From Anaeromyxobacter sp. (GTDB lineage Bacteria > Myxococcota > Myxococcia > Myxococcales > Anaeromyxobacteraceae), in the NCBI GenBank assembly GCA_049840735.1, contig JASGJN010000022.1, forward strand, positions 768,001-832,000: a DNA stretch of 64,000 nucleotides. The letters run 5' to 3'. Below are positions 38,830 through 47,956 of the stretch, piece by piece. Position 1 is the first letter of the stretch, and each line of letters begins with the position of its first letter. The translations under genes and the position numbers were made by a program. Below the pieces are notes generated by a model that ran no database searches, was not told the origin of the DNA, and saw only the letters and a list, made by a program, of their open reading frames with translations.

Positions 38830-39501
38830 TCAGATGTCCAGGATGGCGTTTCGGTTGCCGAAGCCGTCGTCCACGTGGGCGGGCGCGGCGGGGTCGGTGA
38901 CCCAGCGGCCGTCCACCACGAACATGTACTGGTAGCGCCGGCCGGCGGTGAGCGGCACGTCCACCGACCAGGTGCTGGCGCCGGTGCGGCGCAGCGGCGT
39001 GGCCTCGGGGCGCCAGCCGTTGAAGTCCCCGGCCAGCTGGACGGTGCGGGCGCCGGGCGCGTCCACCCGCAGCCGGATGATCCGCTCGCCGGGCCCGGTG
39101 GTGAGCGCCACCGGCGTGGTCTCGAGGGCCGGGGCGGCCGCCACGGCCGCGGGGGCTGGCTCGCCGCCGCTTCCGGAGCCGGCGAGCTGCAGCGCCGCGA
39201 AGGTGAGCAGCGCCGCCGCCGCCACGCCCGCCGCGGCGCCCAGCGGCGAGATGCGCGGCGCGAGCAGCCAGCTGGCGAGGGTGCGGCCCGGCGCCGGACG
39301 GGTGCGGGTGCGCGCCATGGTGCGCTGGACGAAGTCCGGCGGCGGGGTGGGGCGCGGGCCGGAGGAGGCGGAGAGCCGGGCCAGGGCCACCAGCCGCCTG
39401 GCCTGCGTCCGCTCGCCGGCCGGCAGCGCGTCGATCGCCCGCTGCGTCGCCTCCGTGGAGGCGCGCGTGTCGAGCAGGGCCTGCAGCTCGCGATCGGTCA
39501 C
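38830..39501 (-). CDS. Putative anti-sigma factor with TM and CBM48/AMPK-type glycogen-binding domain
   Basis: GTG overlaps the sigma stop; PPDFVQR motif, TM, then LAGDFNGW, YQYMFVVDGRWVTDP, DDGFGNRNAIL. Confidence 0.85.
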   Translation of the reverse strand: MTDRELQALLDTRASTEATQRAIDALPAGERTQARRLVALARLSASSGPRPTPPPDFVQRTMARTRTRPAPGRTLASWLLAPRISPLGAAAGVAAAALLTFAALQLAGSGSGGEPAPAAVAAAPALETTPVALTTGPGERIIRLRVDAPGARTVQLAGDFNGWRPEATPLRRTGASTWSVDVPLTAGRRYQYMFVVDGRWVTDPAAPAHVDDGFGNRNAILDI

Positions 39502-40148
39502 GGTGTCACCTCCTCGTCGAGCAGGTCGCCGAGTCGCTCGCGAAGCATGAGGCGGGCGCGGTGCACGCGCACCTTCAGCGCGTTGACCCGCACGCCGGTC
39601 GCGGCGGCGATCTCCTCGTACGGCATGTTCTCCAGGTGGAAGAGCGTGAAGGCCTCGCGGTACTTGGCCGGTAGCGCGGCCACGGCGTGCGAGAGCGCCT
39701 GCACCGCCTGCCGCGCCGCGGCGTCGCGCTCCGGGTCGCGGGAGGTCCAGAGCTCGTCGCCGTCCAGCGCCGACGGGCGCTCGCTGCGGGCGCCGGCCTT
39801 GAGGAAGTCCCGGCAGCCGTTGACGGCGATGCGGTAGAGCCAGTGCTTGAAGCGGCACTCGCCGCGGAAGGAGCCCAGCCGCGCGTAGGCGCGGGCGAAG
39901 GCCTCCTGGGCCAGCTCCTCGCCCAGCCGCGGGTCGTTGACCAGCCGCGAGCAGACCGAGACGAGCCCCGACGCGTGCCGCCGCACCACGCCCGCGAAGG
40001 CGTCGCCGTCCCCGGCCAGCGTCCGCTCCACCGCGTCGAGGTCGGCGGCCTCGGCGAGATCGACGACCGGCGGCTCGGCCGGGCGCGCGGGTTGCCTGGG
40101 CTGGAAGAGCGGGCGGGCGATGGGGAGCTCCGGGGCAAGCTGCGCCAG
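39498..40148 (-). CDS. ECF RNA polymerase sigma factor (start uncertain)
   Basis: Region 2 AQEAFARAY..LGSFRGECRFKHWLYRIAVN; region 4 LPAKYRE..YEEIAA..VNALKVRVHRAR. Confidence 0.92.
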   Translation of the reverse strand: MAQLAPELPIARPLFQPRQPARPAEPPVVDLAEAADLDAVERTLAGDGDAFAGVVRRHASGLVSVCSRLVNDPRLGEELAQEAFARAYARLGSFRGECRFKHWLYRIAVNGCRDFLKAGARSERPSALDGDELWTSRDPERDAAARQAVQALSHAVAALPAKYREAFTLFHLENMPYEEIAAATGVRVNALKVRVHRARLMLRERLGDLLDEEVTP

Positions 40149-40303
40149 GGCACAGATTATCGCGCTTCCCGGGTCGGGGGGAGGGCGAGGGGGCTGGCGT
40201 CCGGGTCGCAGACGGGTGCGGGTGACGCCCAGCGTCCCCAGGGTGTGGGTGGGTGCGGCCGCCGGTGGGGGTGGGTGCCGGAGGAGCACCCCGGGAGGCC
40301 ACC

Positions 40304-40519
40304 ATGGGTGAGAGCCGCGACGCCAGGGATCCGAGGGACCTGCTGCGCGCCATGCGCAAGGAGGCGGAGGCGGAGTTCGAGGCCGAGGAGGCGCACGACG
40401 CCGGCGGCCAGGCGCACGCGAGCGCGCGCGCTCGCGCGGGCGCGCCGGCCGGGCGCGCCGACGAGCCGGATCCGGGCGCGGACGGACCCTCGAGCCCGGG
40501 CCGGTCGACGCGCCGCTAG
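40304..40519 (+). CDS. Small acidic hypothetical protein
   Basis: GGAGG RBS; MGESRDARDPRDLLRAMRKEAEAEFEAE. Confidence 0.45.
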   Translation: MGESRDARDPRDLLRAMRKEAEAEFEAEEAHDAGGQAHASARARAGAPAGRADEPDPGADGPSSPGRSTRR

Positions 40520-41307
40520 CGGCGCGTGGCGAGCGCGTAGACCACGTGCCAGGTGGCGGTCACGCCGCCTTCCAGCGCCGGGTGGCGCTCCTCGTAGGCG
40601 CGGAGCAGCGCGAGGGTGGCGGCGCGCCCGCCCAGGCCGCGCTCGCCGGGCACGGCGTTGGTGGCGCCGATGGCCTTGAGGCCGCGCAGCACCGATCGCG
40701 CGTCGGGGTGACGCTCCACCACGCGCGTCTCCGTCACCTCCGCCCCCTCGAACCCCTCGGCCAGGAGCGCCGCGGCCACCTCGTCCCGCGTGGCGAAGCG
40801 GTGGGTGGGGGTTGCGCCCCGCCCCGCCGCGGCCCGCCAGCTGCTGCGCAGCTCGTGCAGCGTGTCGGCGCCGAACAGGGCCACGGCGAGCACGCCGCCG
40901 GGGGCGAGCACGCGGCGCGCCTCGGCGAAGGCCGGCGCCAGGCGCGGCAGCCACTGCAGCGTGGAGGTGGAGAGGTAGAGGTCGAAGCGGGCCGGGCCGA
41001 AGGGGAGCGCCTCGGCGTCGGCCGCGGCCACGGCGGCCGACGGGGTGCGGGCCCGGGCGGCAGCCGCCATGCCGCTGGCCAGGTCGACCGCCGCGACCCG
41101 GCAGGCCGGCTGCGCCTCCCGCAGCGCCGCCACCAGCGCCCCGGTGCCCGCGCCCACGTCCAGCGCGCGCGCCGGCGCCGGCAGCGCGGCCAGCGCGGCG
41201 GCCAGCACGCGCCGCTGCACCTCGCGCTGCAGCGCGGCGCCCCCGTCGTAGGCCGCGGCCGCGCGCGAGAAGGCGGCGCGCACCCGGCGCTTGTCCACCA
41301 GGTTCAC
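40516..41307 (-). CDS. bioC: Malonyl-ACP O-methyltransferase
   Basis: DKRRVRAAFSRAAAAYD..LQREV, LDVGAGTG, TLHELR, LKAIGA; coupled to bioH. Confidence 0.88.
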   Translation of the reverse strand: MNLVDKRRVRAAFSRAAAAYDGGAALQREVQRRVLAAALAALPAPARALDVGAGTGALVAALREAQPACRVAAVDLASGMAAAARARTPSAAVAAADAEALPFGPARFDLYLSTSTLQWLPRLAPAFAEARRVLAPGGVLAVALFGADTLHELRSSWRAAAGRGATPTHRFATRDEVAAALLAEGFEGAEVTETRVVERHPDARSVLRGLKAIGATNAVPGERGLGGRAATLALLRAYEERHPALEGGVTATWHVVYALATRR

Positions 41308-42125
41308 GCCTGGTCCCCCAGGAACGCGCGCAGGGGCCCGGTCACCAGCCCGGGGGCGGTGAGGAAGGGCAGGTGCCCCGCGCCCGGCACCGCGCGCAGC
41401 GTGGCGCGCGGCAGCGCCGCGGCGAGGAACTGTCCGGCGCCGAAGGGCGTGATCGGGTCGGCGTCGCCGTGGAGCACCAGCGCCGGGAGGTCCAGGGCGG
41501 CGAGGTGCGGGCGCAGGTCGGCGCTGGCCAGGATCTCCAGCCCGGCCAGGGCGGCGGCGGGGTCCGTGGCCGGCAGGGCCGCGCGCGCCGCCTCGGCGGC
41601 GGCCGCGGCGGGCGCGGCGCGCTCGGCTGGCGAGAGCGCGTCGGCCAGGAAGCGGGCGCAGGCGCGGGCGGGCTCGCGGCGGACGCGGTGGGCGATGACC
41701 TCCACCGCCCGCGCCGGCACGCCGTGGGGCCACCCGTCACGCTGGGTGAAGCACGGGGTGGCCGCGATCAGGGCCAGCTGGTCGACGCGGGCGCGCACCC
41801 GGGGGTCGCGCAGCGCCTCCAGCGCCACCAGGCCGCCCAGCGACCAGCCGGCCAGCGTCACCCCGCTCACCCCGAGCGCCTCCAGCAGCGCCGCCAGGTC
41901 GGCGGCCAGATCGGCCAGGCCGAAGGGCGTGCCCGGCGCCGAGCCGCCGTGGCCGCGCAGGTCGGGGAGGAGCACCCGGTGCGACGGGGCCAGGGCCCCG
42001 GCCAGGTCACCCAGCATCCCGCCCGGGAGCGACCAGCCGTGCAGGAGCACCACCGGCGGGCCGGCGCCCCGTTCGGAGACGGCCAGCGTGGCGCCGGTGG
42101 GCAGGGTGAGCGTTCGGTCGGGCAT
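41304..42125 (-). CDS. bioH: Pimeloyl-ACP methyl ester carboxylesterase
   Basis: LLHGW, GWSLGG, ATPCF, GHLPF; next to bioC and a BirA-type box. Confidence 0.82.
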   Translation of the reverse strand: MPDRTLTLPTGATLAVSERGAGPPVVLLHGWSLPGGMLGDLAGALAPSHRVLLPDLRGHGGSAPGTPFGLADLAADLAALLEALGVSGVTLAGWSLGGLVALEALRDPRVRARVDQLALIAATPCFTQRDGWPHGVPARAVEVIAHRVRREPARACARFLADALSPAERAAPAAAAAEAARAALPATDPAAALAGLEILASADLRPHLAALDLPALVLHGDADPITPFGAGQFLAAALPRATLRAVPGAGHLPFLTAPGLVTGPLRAFLGDQA

Positions 42126-42171
42126 GGACGGCCGGGCTGCGGCGGGCGCGGAGGATAGCAGGGGCGGGTGG

Positions 42172-42205
42172 CTCGTCAACCGCGCCGGATGTCCCGGTTG
42201 ACGAG
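42172..42205. promoter_or_regulatory. BirA-type biotin operator overlapping the bioH promoter
   Basis: CTCGTCAACC-N14-GGTTGACGAG perfect 10-bp inverted repeat; left arm holds minus-strand TTGACG-N16-TATCCT. Confidence 0.8.
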
Positions 42206-42214
42206 AGGTTCCGC

Positions 42215-42226
42215 AAGTACTCTGGG
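42215..42226 (+). repeat. Third copy of AAGTACTCTGGG
   Basis: Exact match to 25702-25713 and to 32059-32070 (reverse); GGATGTCCCGG at 42187-42197. Confidence 0.7.
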
Positions 42227-42247
42227 ATAAGAAAAAGTTAAGCGATT

Positions 42248-43898
42248 TCAGATGCCTGCGCGGAGTCGGACCCTCTGGGCGAGCGCGGCGGCGTCGAGCG
42301 AGCGCGCCCCCAGCCGGGCGGAGAGGGCGGCCGGCGCGGACGGAGCGCCCTCACGCCAGAGCGCCTGCAACAGGGCGCCAGCGGCGGCCGCCTGCCACCA
42401 CTCGCGGGCCGCGCCGGCCTCCTGCTGGAGCCGCACCTCCGCCTGGGCGGCCAGCAGCTCGACGCGCAGGGCCTCGGCGGATTGGAGCAGCGGGTCGGGA
42501 TTGACCGCCCAGGGCAGCACCTCGCCGGGCTCGACCGGCACGCCGTAGGCGCGCGCGGCCAGCGCCGCGCCCGCCACGGGGTCCTGGGCGGAGAGGGCCG
42601 CCAGCACGCGCGCGGCGGCGTCGCGCGCGCGCAGCAGCCGGCGCCCCGCCGCGGCACGCGCCTCCCCCTGCGCCTGCTCCTCCGTGGCGCCGTGCGCGGC
42701 CAGCCACTCCGGCGCCCCGGCCACCTCCTCCAGCAGCCGCCCCCAGGCGCCCGGGTACCAGGCCGGCGGCAGCCGGCGCGCCTCGACCGACCCAGCCGGC
42801 AAGAGCGCCTGCGCCTCGGCCACGCCCAGCTCATGCAGCGAGCCGCGGACGGCCTCCAGCCCGGCCTCGCTCCCCAGCGAGAGGCGCACGTCGCCGGGAG
42901 GGTCGATGGCCAGCGCGATGGCGCGGGGCACGCGGGCGCCGCCGGCGCCGGTGTCGAGCCGCAGGTTGGCCTGGGCGGCCAGGTCGAGCCCCAGCCCGTC
43001 CAGCAGCGCGGCCGCGTCGGCGGCGTGGCGGTGGGCCGGGAAGAGCGCCGCCGGGGCACGCACCCGCCACAGTCGCGGGAGATTGCGCAGCCGGACCTCC
43101 TCGGGCGCCAGCCCCTCCGCGCGCGCCGCGGCCGCCAGCAGCGCCTTCCAGGTCGGCTCGGTGGTGGCCAGCGTCTCCTCCGCCAGCGCCGCAAGCGCCT
43201 CGGGTGACGCCCCGCGCAGCTCGGCGCCGAGCGCGCCCAGCGAGGGCTGCCCCAGGGCCGCCGCGGCGGCCGCCAGCCGCTCCACCCGCGCCGCGCGCGC
43301 CGCCGCCAGCCGCCGGGCCGGCTCGGCCATCGACTGGGCCAGCATCCGGCGCCGCTCGCGGTCGCGCTCCGCCGCCAGCAGGCCCTGCGCGTCCGCCAGC
43401 GGGACCAGGTGATCGGCCCACAGGAACTGCGCCTCGGTGCGGGCCGCCGTGGCGTCGCGCGAGGCCTGCAGCGTCTCCGCCGCGAGCCGCTCGCCCAGCA
43501 GCCAGCGGCGCAGCGCCGCGGCTCCGGCCCGCTGCTCCGGCGAACCCTCCGCGGCCGCGCGCGCCAGGCCCGCCAGCGTCTCGTCCGAGCGGAGCGCCTC
43601 GTGGCCGGCCCAGGCGGCCGCTGGATTCGAAGGTCTTCCCCTGGGTGAACATGAGCCAGGCGTCCTCCGCCTGCCGCCGCAGCACCGCGTCGGCGCCGGC
43701 GCGCACCGGGGCCAGGTCGTAGGGCGGCGCCGCCGGGGTGGCCGGCGCTGCGGGGGCCTGGGCGGCCGGAGGGGCGGGCGCCGGCACCGCGGCCGGGGCG
43801 GGATCGGTCGCCGGCGCGGCGGTCCGGTGGACGCAGCCCAGGACCAGCAGGGGCAGGACGGCGGCGAGGCGGAGGGCGGAGACGATGGGTCGGCGCAC
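42248..43898 (-). CDS. Lipoprotein, M3/gluzincin-like fold with degenerate zinc motif; 1-nt insertion at ~43626
   Basis: Lipobox VLGC; removing one A from ttc-gAat-cca joins the two frames (…KTFDPAAAWAGHE…); LHELGVA replaces HExxH. Confidence 0.75.
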
Positions 43899-43950
43899 CT
43901 GCCGATGTTAAACGCGGCGCGGGTCCGTGTCCTTGTTCTAGATTGGCGGC

Positions 43951-44973
43951 ATGCCCACCCCGGCCCAGCACCAGCACGCCCGCGCCCGCGCCCGGCTCTC
44001 CGCCGAGGTGCGCCGGGTGCTGGGCGCGCTCGGCTACGAGGAGGTGGAGACGCCCTGCCTGGTCCCCGCGCCCGGCATGGAGCCCCACATCCAGGCCTTC
44101 GAGGCGGCGTTCGTGCCGGAGGGCGGCGGCCCCGCGCGCCCGCTCTGGCTGCAGAACAGCCCCGAGTACGCCATGAAGCGGCTGCTCGCCGACGGGCTGC
44201 CGCGCATCTTCCAGCTGGCGCGGGTGTTCCGGAACGGCGAGGTGTCGCGCACGCACAACCCCGAGTTCACGATGCTGGAGTACTACCGCGCCGGCACCGA
44301 CTACCGCGGGATCATGGCCGACGGCGAGCAGCTGGTGGAGGCCTGCGCGCGGGCCCTCGCGCCCGACGGGCGGCCGCGGGTCGAGCGCGGCGGGAGGGTC
44401 CTGTCGCTCGCGGCCCCCTTCGAGACCCTCACCATGCAGGAGGCCTTCCAGCGCCACGCCGGCATCGACCTGGCCGGCTGCGACGCCGATCCCGCGCGGC
44501 TGGCGGCGGCGGCGCGCGCGGCCGGCCACGACCCGGGCCCGGGCGGCGAGTCGTTCGACGACGTCTTCTTCCGCGTCATGCTCGACGCGGTCGAGCCGCG
44601 GCTGGGGCTCGACCGGCCCACCTGGCTCGTCGACTGGCCGGCCTCGATGGCGGCGCTGTCGAAGGTGAAGCCCGGCGATCCGCGCTGGGCCGAGCGCTTC
44701 GAGCTCTACGCCGGCGGGCTGGAGCTGGCCAACGGCTTCACCGAGCTGACCGACGCGGCCGAGCAGCGGGCGCGGCTGGTGGAGGAGCAGGCGCTGCGCG
44801 CCAGCCTGGGCCGGCCGGTCTACCCGCTCGACGAGGCGTTCCTGGCGGCCCTGCCCCGCATGCCGGCGGCGGGCGGCGTGGCCTTCGGCTTCGACCGGCT
44901 GCTGATGCTGCTGACCGGCGCGGCGTCGATCGAGGACGTGCTGCTGTTCCCGGCCGCGGGGTCCTGGGGCTGA
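43951..44973 (+). CDS. epmA: EF-P lysine beta-lysyl ligase (EpmA/GenX)
   Basis: EVETP, SPEYAMKRLL, FRNGE..HNPEFTMLE, ELANGFTEL, GVAFGFDRL; no anticodon domain. Confidence 0.93.
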   Translation: MPTPAQHQHARARARLSAEVRRVLGALGYEEVETPCLVPAPGMEPHIQAFEAAFVPEGGGPARPLWLQNSPEYAMKRLLADGLPRIFQLARVFRNGEVSRTHNPEFTMLEYYRAGTDYRGIMADGEQLVEACARALAPDGRPRVERGGRVLSLAAPFETLTMQEAFQRHAGIDLAGCDADPARLAAAARAAGHDPGPGGESFDDVFFRVMLDAVEPRLGLDRPTWLVDWPASMAALSKVKPGDPRWAERFELYAGGLELANGFTELTDAAEQRARLVEEQALRASLGRPVYPLDEAFLAALPRMPAAGGVAFGFDRLLMLLTGAASIEDVLLFPAAGSWG

Positions 44974-45000
44974 TCACCCGGGCTGCGCGCCGCCCCGGGC

Positions 45001-45681
45001 TCACCGCACCTTCACCCCCAACGACAGCCCCTCCGCCGTGGGCAGGAGCGTGGCCCGGAAGCGGCCGCCGCGGGCCAGCCGCTCGGAGAAGCGCGCCAGC
45101 GCCTCGACCCCGGGGCGATCCTCCGGCTCCGCCCGCTGCGGCGCGTGGACCGCGCCGAAGCCGAAGGTGTTGTCCGCCAGCAGGAGGCCGCCCACCCGCA
45201 GGTGCTCCTCGGCCCAGGCCAGGTAGGCCGGGTAGCCGGTCTTGTCCGCGTCGATGAAGACCAGGTCGAAGGGGCCGTCCCCCTCGACCTCCCGCAGCCG
45301 CTCCAGCGCGCGCCCGACGTGGATCCGCGCCTGGCTCGCCACCCCGGCCCGCTCGAAGGAGGCGCGCGCCAGCGCCGCGCGGGGCGGCTCCAGCTCGAAG
45401 GTGTCGAGGCGCCCCTCCGGCCCCATCCCGCGCAGCAGGCAGACGCCGCTGTAGCCCCCCAGCGTCCCGATCTCGACCGCGCGCCGGACGGCGGCGGCGC
45501 GGGCCAGCACCTCCAGGTGCAGCCCGTCCATGGGGCCGACCGCGATGGGCGGCAGCCCGGCCGCGGCGCTGCGGGCGCGGATCTCGCGCAGCACCTCGTC
45601 CTCCGGCGCGTACACCCCCTCGGCCCAGCGCGCCAGCGCCGGGTCGCCCTGCCCGAACCCCTTCACCGGCGGAGAGCCCAT
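45001..45681 (-). CDS. Class I SAM-dependent O-methyltransferase
   Basis: EIGTLGGYS, FDLVFIDADK, ADN. Confidence 0.92.
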   Translation of the reverse strand: MGSPPVKGFGQGDPALARWAEGVYAPEDEVLREIRARSAAAGLPPIAVGPMDGLHLEVLARAAAVRRAVEIGTLGGYSGVCLLRGMGPEGRLDTFELEPPRAALARASFERAGVASQARIHVGRALERLREVEGDGPFDLVFIDADKTGYPAYLAWAEEHLRVGGLLLADNTFGFGAVHAPQRAEPEDRPGVEALARFSERLARGGRFRATLLPTAEGLSLGVKVR

Positions 45682-45745
45682 GGCCCGGGTGTAGCCGCGG
45701 CGGGCGCGCTCCGCCGGGTCCGGGCGGGGATTGCTTCACGTGCCC

Positions 45746-47875
45746 TCAGTACTCGAACCCGCTCCCGCCGATGAACTCGCGCAGGATCGAGGTGGGCGGC
45801 ACGTGGTCGGGGTAGATCGACACGAACCGATCGATGAGGTAGCGGAGCCGCAGCGCGGTCGGGTAGGCCGGGTGCGTCTGCGGCACCTCCAGCAGGTAGC
45901 GCTCGGCGAACACCTTGAGCACGGCCGGCTCGTAGACCAGCGCGGTGTCGAAGACGGCGTCGGCCTCGTGCTGGTACGGGAAGATGTGCTCGCGCTCGCC
46001 CGCCTGCACCGAGGGCCAGCGCAGGATGTTGTCGGCCGCCGAGTAGCCGCGCTGGTGGCGGTCGCGCACGATGCGGCGGAGCAGGCGCAGGTCGGTGGCG
46101 GAGACGCGGCTCAGCCGGTCGAACGCCAGCGTGGTGGCCGGGTGGATGAAGATGCGGAACAGCTCGCCGGCCCGCGGGATGGGGCCCAGCAGCGCCGGGT
46201 TGAGGCCGTGGATGCCCTCCAGCATCAGCACGTCCCCGGGCCGCAGCTGGATCTCCGGGCCGCCGGCGGGGTGGCTCCTGCCGGAGAGGAAGTCGTAGCG
46301 GGCGGTCTTGACCCGCTCGCCGGCCAGGAGGCGGCGGACGTGGTCCTGCAGCAGCGCCAGGTCGATGGCCTGCAGGCTCTCGAAGTCCCACTCGCCCTTC
46401 GCGTCGAGCGGCGTCTTCTCCCGGTCGACGTAGTAGTTGTCGAGCCCGATCCCCACCGGCGTCACGCCGTCGATCTGCAGCTGCACCGTGAGCCGCTTGA
46501 TGAAGGTGGTCTTTCCGGAGGAGGAGGGGCCGGCGATGGAGATGATCCGGATCCGCTCGCGCGCGGCCGCGACCTGGTCGGCGATCTGGCCGATCCGCTT
46601 CTCGTGGAACCCCTCCGCCACGCGGATGAGCTGCGAGACCTGCCCGGAGATGCACAGCTCGGCGAAGGCGCCCACGCTGGTCACGTCCATGGCGGCGAGC
46701 CAGCGCTGGTGGTCGGCCACCATGTCGCCGTCGTGCGGCGTCTCCGCGCCGGGCGCCAGGCGGGACGCGCGCGGGTCGCGGGCGCCCAGCTCCAGCCAGA
46801 GCCCTTCCGGCCCGGCGGTCAGCCGGAACCCGGACAGCGGGCCGGTGGAGGGGAGCAGCGGCCCCATGGAGAGCGCGTAGAGCTCGCCGCAGGAGACCAG
46901 CCGCACCGTGGCCTGCCGGCGGATGCGCAGCAGCCGGGCGGCCTCGTCCCAGCCGCGGTCGCGGAACCAGCTCAGCGCCTCGTCGCTGGACCAGTACTCC
47001 TGCCGGATGGGCGCGTCGGCGGAGGCGATCCGGGTCATGGCCTCGGCGACGCGCGCCGCCAGCGCCGGTCCCTCCGCCGGCGAGGCCCCGCGCACCTCCA
47101 CCAGCTGCCGCGTCCCGCGCGACGGCCCCATCCACACGGTCAGCCCGGGCGCCACCTGGTGGGCGGCCTCCAGCAGCAGGAGCCCCATGGAGTGGGCGTA
47201 GATCTGCCGCCCCTCCCAGTGCGAGACGGTGAGCGGCGCCAGCGTGGACGCGGTGAAGATGGGCGTGGAGAGCGGAACCGGCTTCTCCCCCAGCAGCCCG
47301 GCCACCACCAGGTCCCCATCCAACTCGGCCGGCAGCAGGGTGCGGATGCGGGTCCCGGTGCGGACCCGCCGCTCCTGCCCGCTGACCGTCACGGTCACCT
47401 CGGCCGCGCGCGGCGGCGACCGGCCGCGCAGCAGCATGCCCATCTCGTCCGAGGCCTGGGCCAGCTCCTCCGCCAGCCGGGCCGCCATGCCCAGCGCCAC
47501 CCGCATGGCCAGCGCCGGGGCGTCTCGCTCCAGCGCCGCCCAGGCCGCCGAGGTGAGGCGGGCCACCTCCAGCGGCGTCTCGGAGGTCACCACCTCGCCG
47601 CGGTGGCGCCCCAGCACGGGCAGCTCGCCGAAGTGATCGCCCGGGCCCAGCCGGCGCAGCGCGGTGCCCTCGCGGCGCAGGGTGGCCTCGCCGGAGAGGA
47701 TCAGGCACAGGTGCTTGTTGGCGTCGCCGTCGCCGTGGACGCGGGTGCGCGGCGGGAAGGTCACCCGCTCCACGCGCTCCAGCAGCTTCGCGCAATCCCC
47801 GGCGTCGAGGCGGGCCAGGAGCGCGCTCGAGGCGAGCGCTGCGTCGGGGGCGGGATCCTGCGGGCGGACGGCCAC
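45746..47875 (-). CDS. cNMP-binding domain + ThrRS-N-like + uridine/nucleoside kinase fusion
   Basis: ILSGEA..GDHFGEL (cNMP); AGPSSSGKTT P-loop, LEGIHGLN, RRIVRD, SILREFIGGS. Confidence 0.88.
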   Translation of the reverse strand: MAVRPQDPAPDAALASSALLARLDAGDCAKLLERVERVTFPPRTRVHGDGDANKHLCLILSGEATLRREGTALRRLGPGDHFGELPVLGRHRGEVVTSETPLEVARLTSAAWAALERDAPALAMRVALGMAARLAEELAQASDEMGMLLRGRSPPRAAEVTVTVSGQERRVRTGTRIRTLLPAELDGDLVVAGLLGEKPVPLSTPIFTASTLAPLTVSHWEGRQIYAHSMGLLLLEAAHQVAPGLTVWMGPSRGTRQLVEVRGASPAEGPALAARVAEAMTRIASADAPIRQEYWSSDEALSWFRDRGWDEAARLLRIRRQATVRLVSCGELYALSMGPLLPSTGPLSGFRLTAGPEGLWLELGARDPRASRLAPGAETPHDGDMVADHQRWLAAMDVTSVGAFAELCISGQVSQLIRVAEGFHEKRIGQIADQVAAARERIRIISIAGPSSSGKTTFIKRLTVQLQIDGVTPVGIGLDNYYVDREKTPLDAKGEWDFESLQAIDLALLQDHVRRLLAGERVKTARYDFLSGRSHPAGGPEIQLRPGDVLMLEGIHGLNPALLGPIPRAGELFRIFIHPATTLAFDRLSRVSATDLRLLRRIVRDRHQRGYSAADNILRWPSVQAGEREHIFPYQHEADAVFDTALVYEPAVLKVFAERYLLEVPQTHPAYPTALRLRYLIDRFVSIYPDHVPPTSILREFIGGSGFEY

Positions 47876-47956
47876 GGGGCGCTCCTTTCCTGCCGGAGCC
47901 CCGATGGTAGCCCGCGGGCGGGCCGGGGGAAAGGACCGGGCAGGCGGGCCGTTCCG

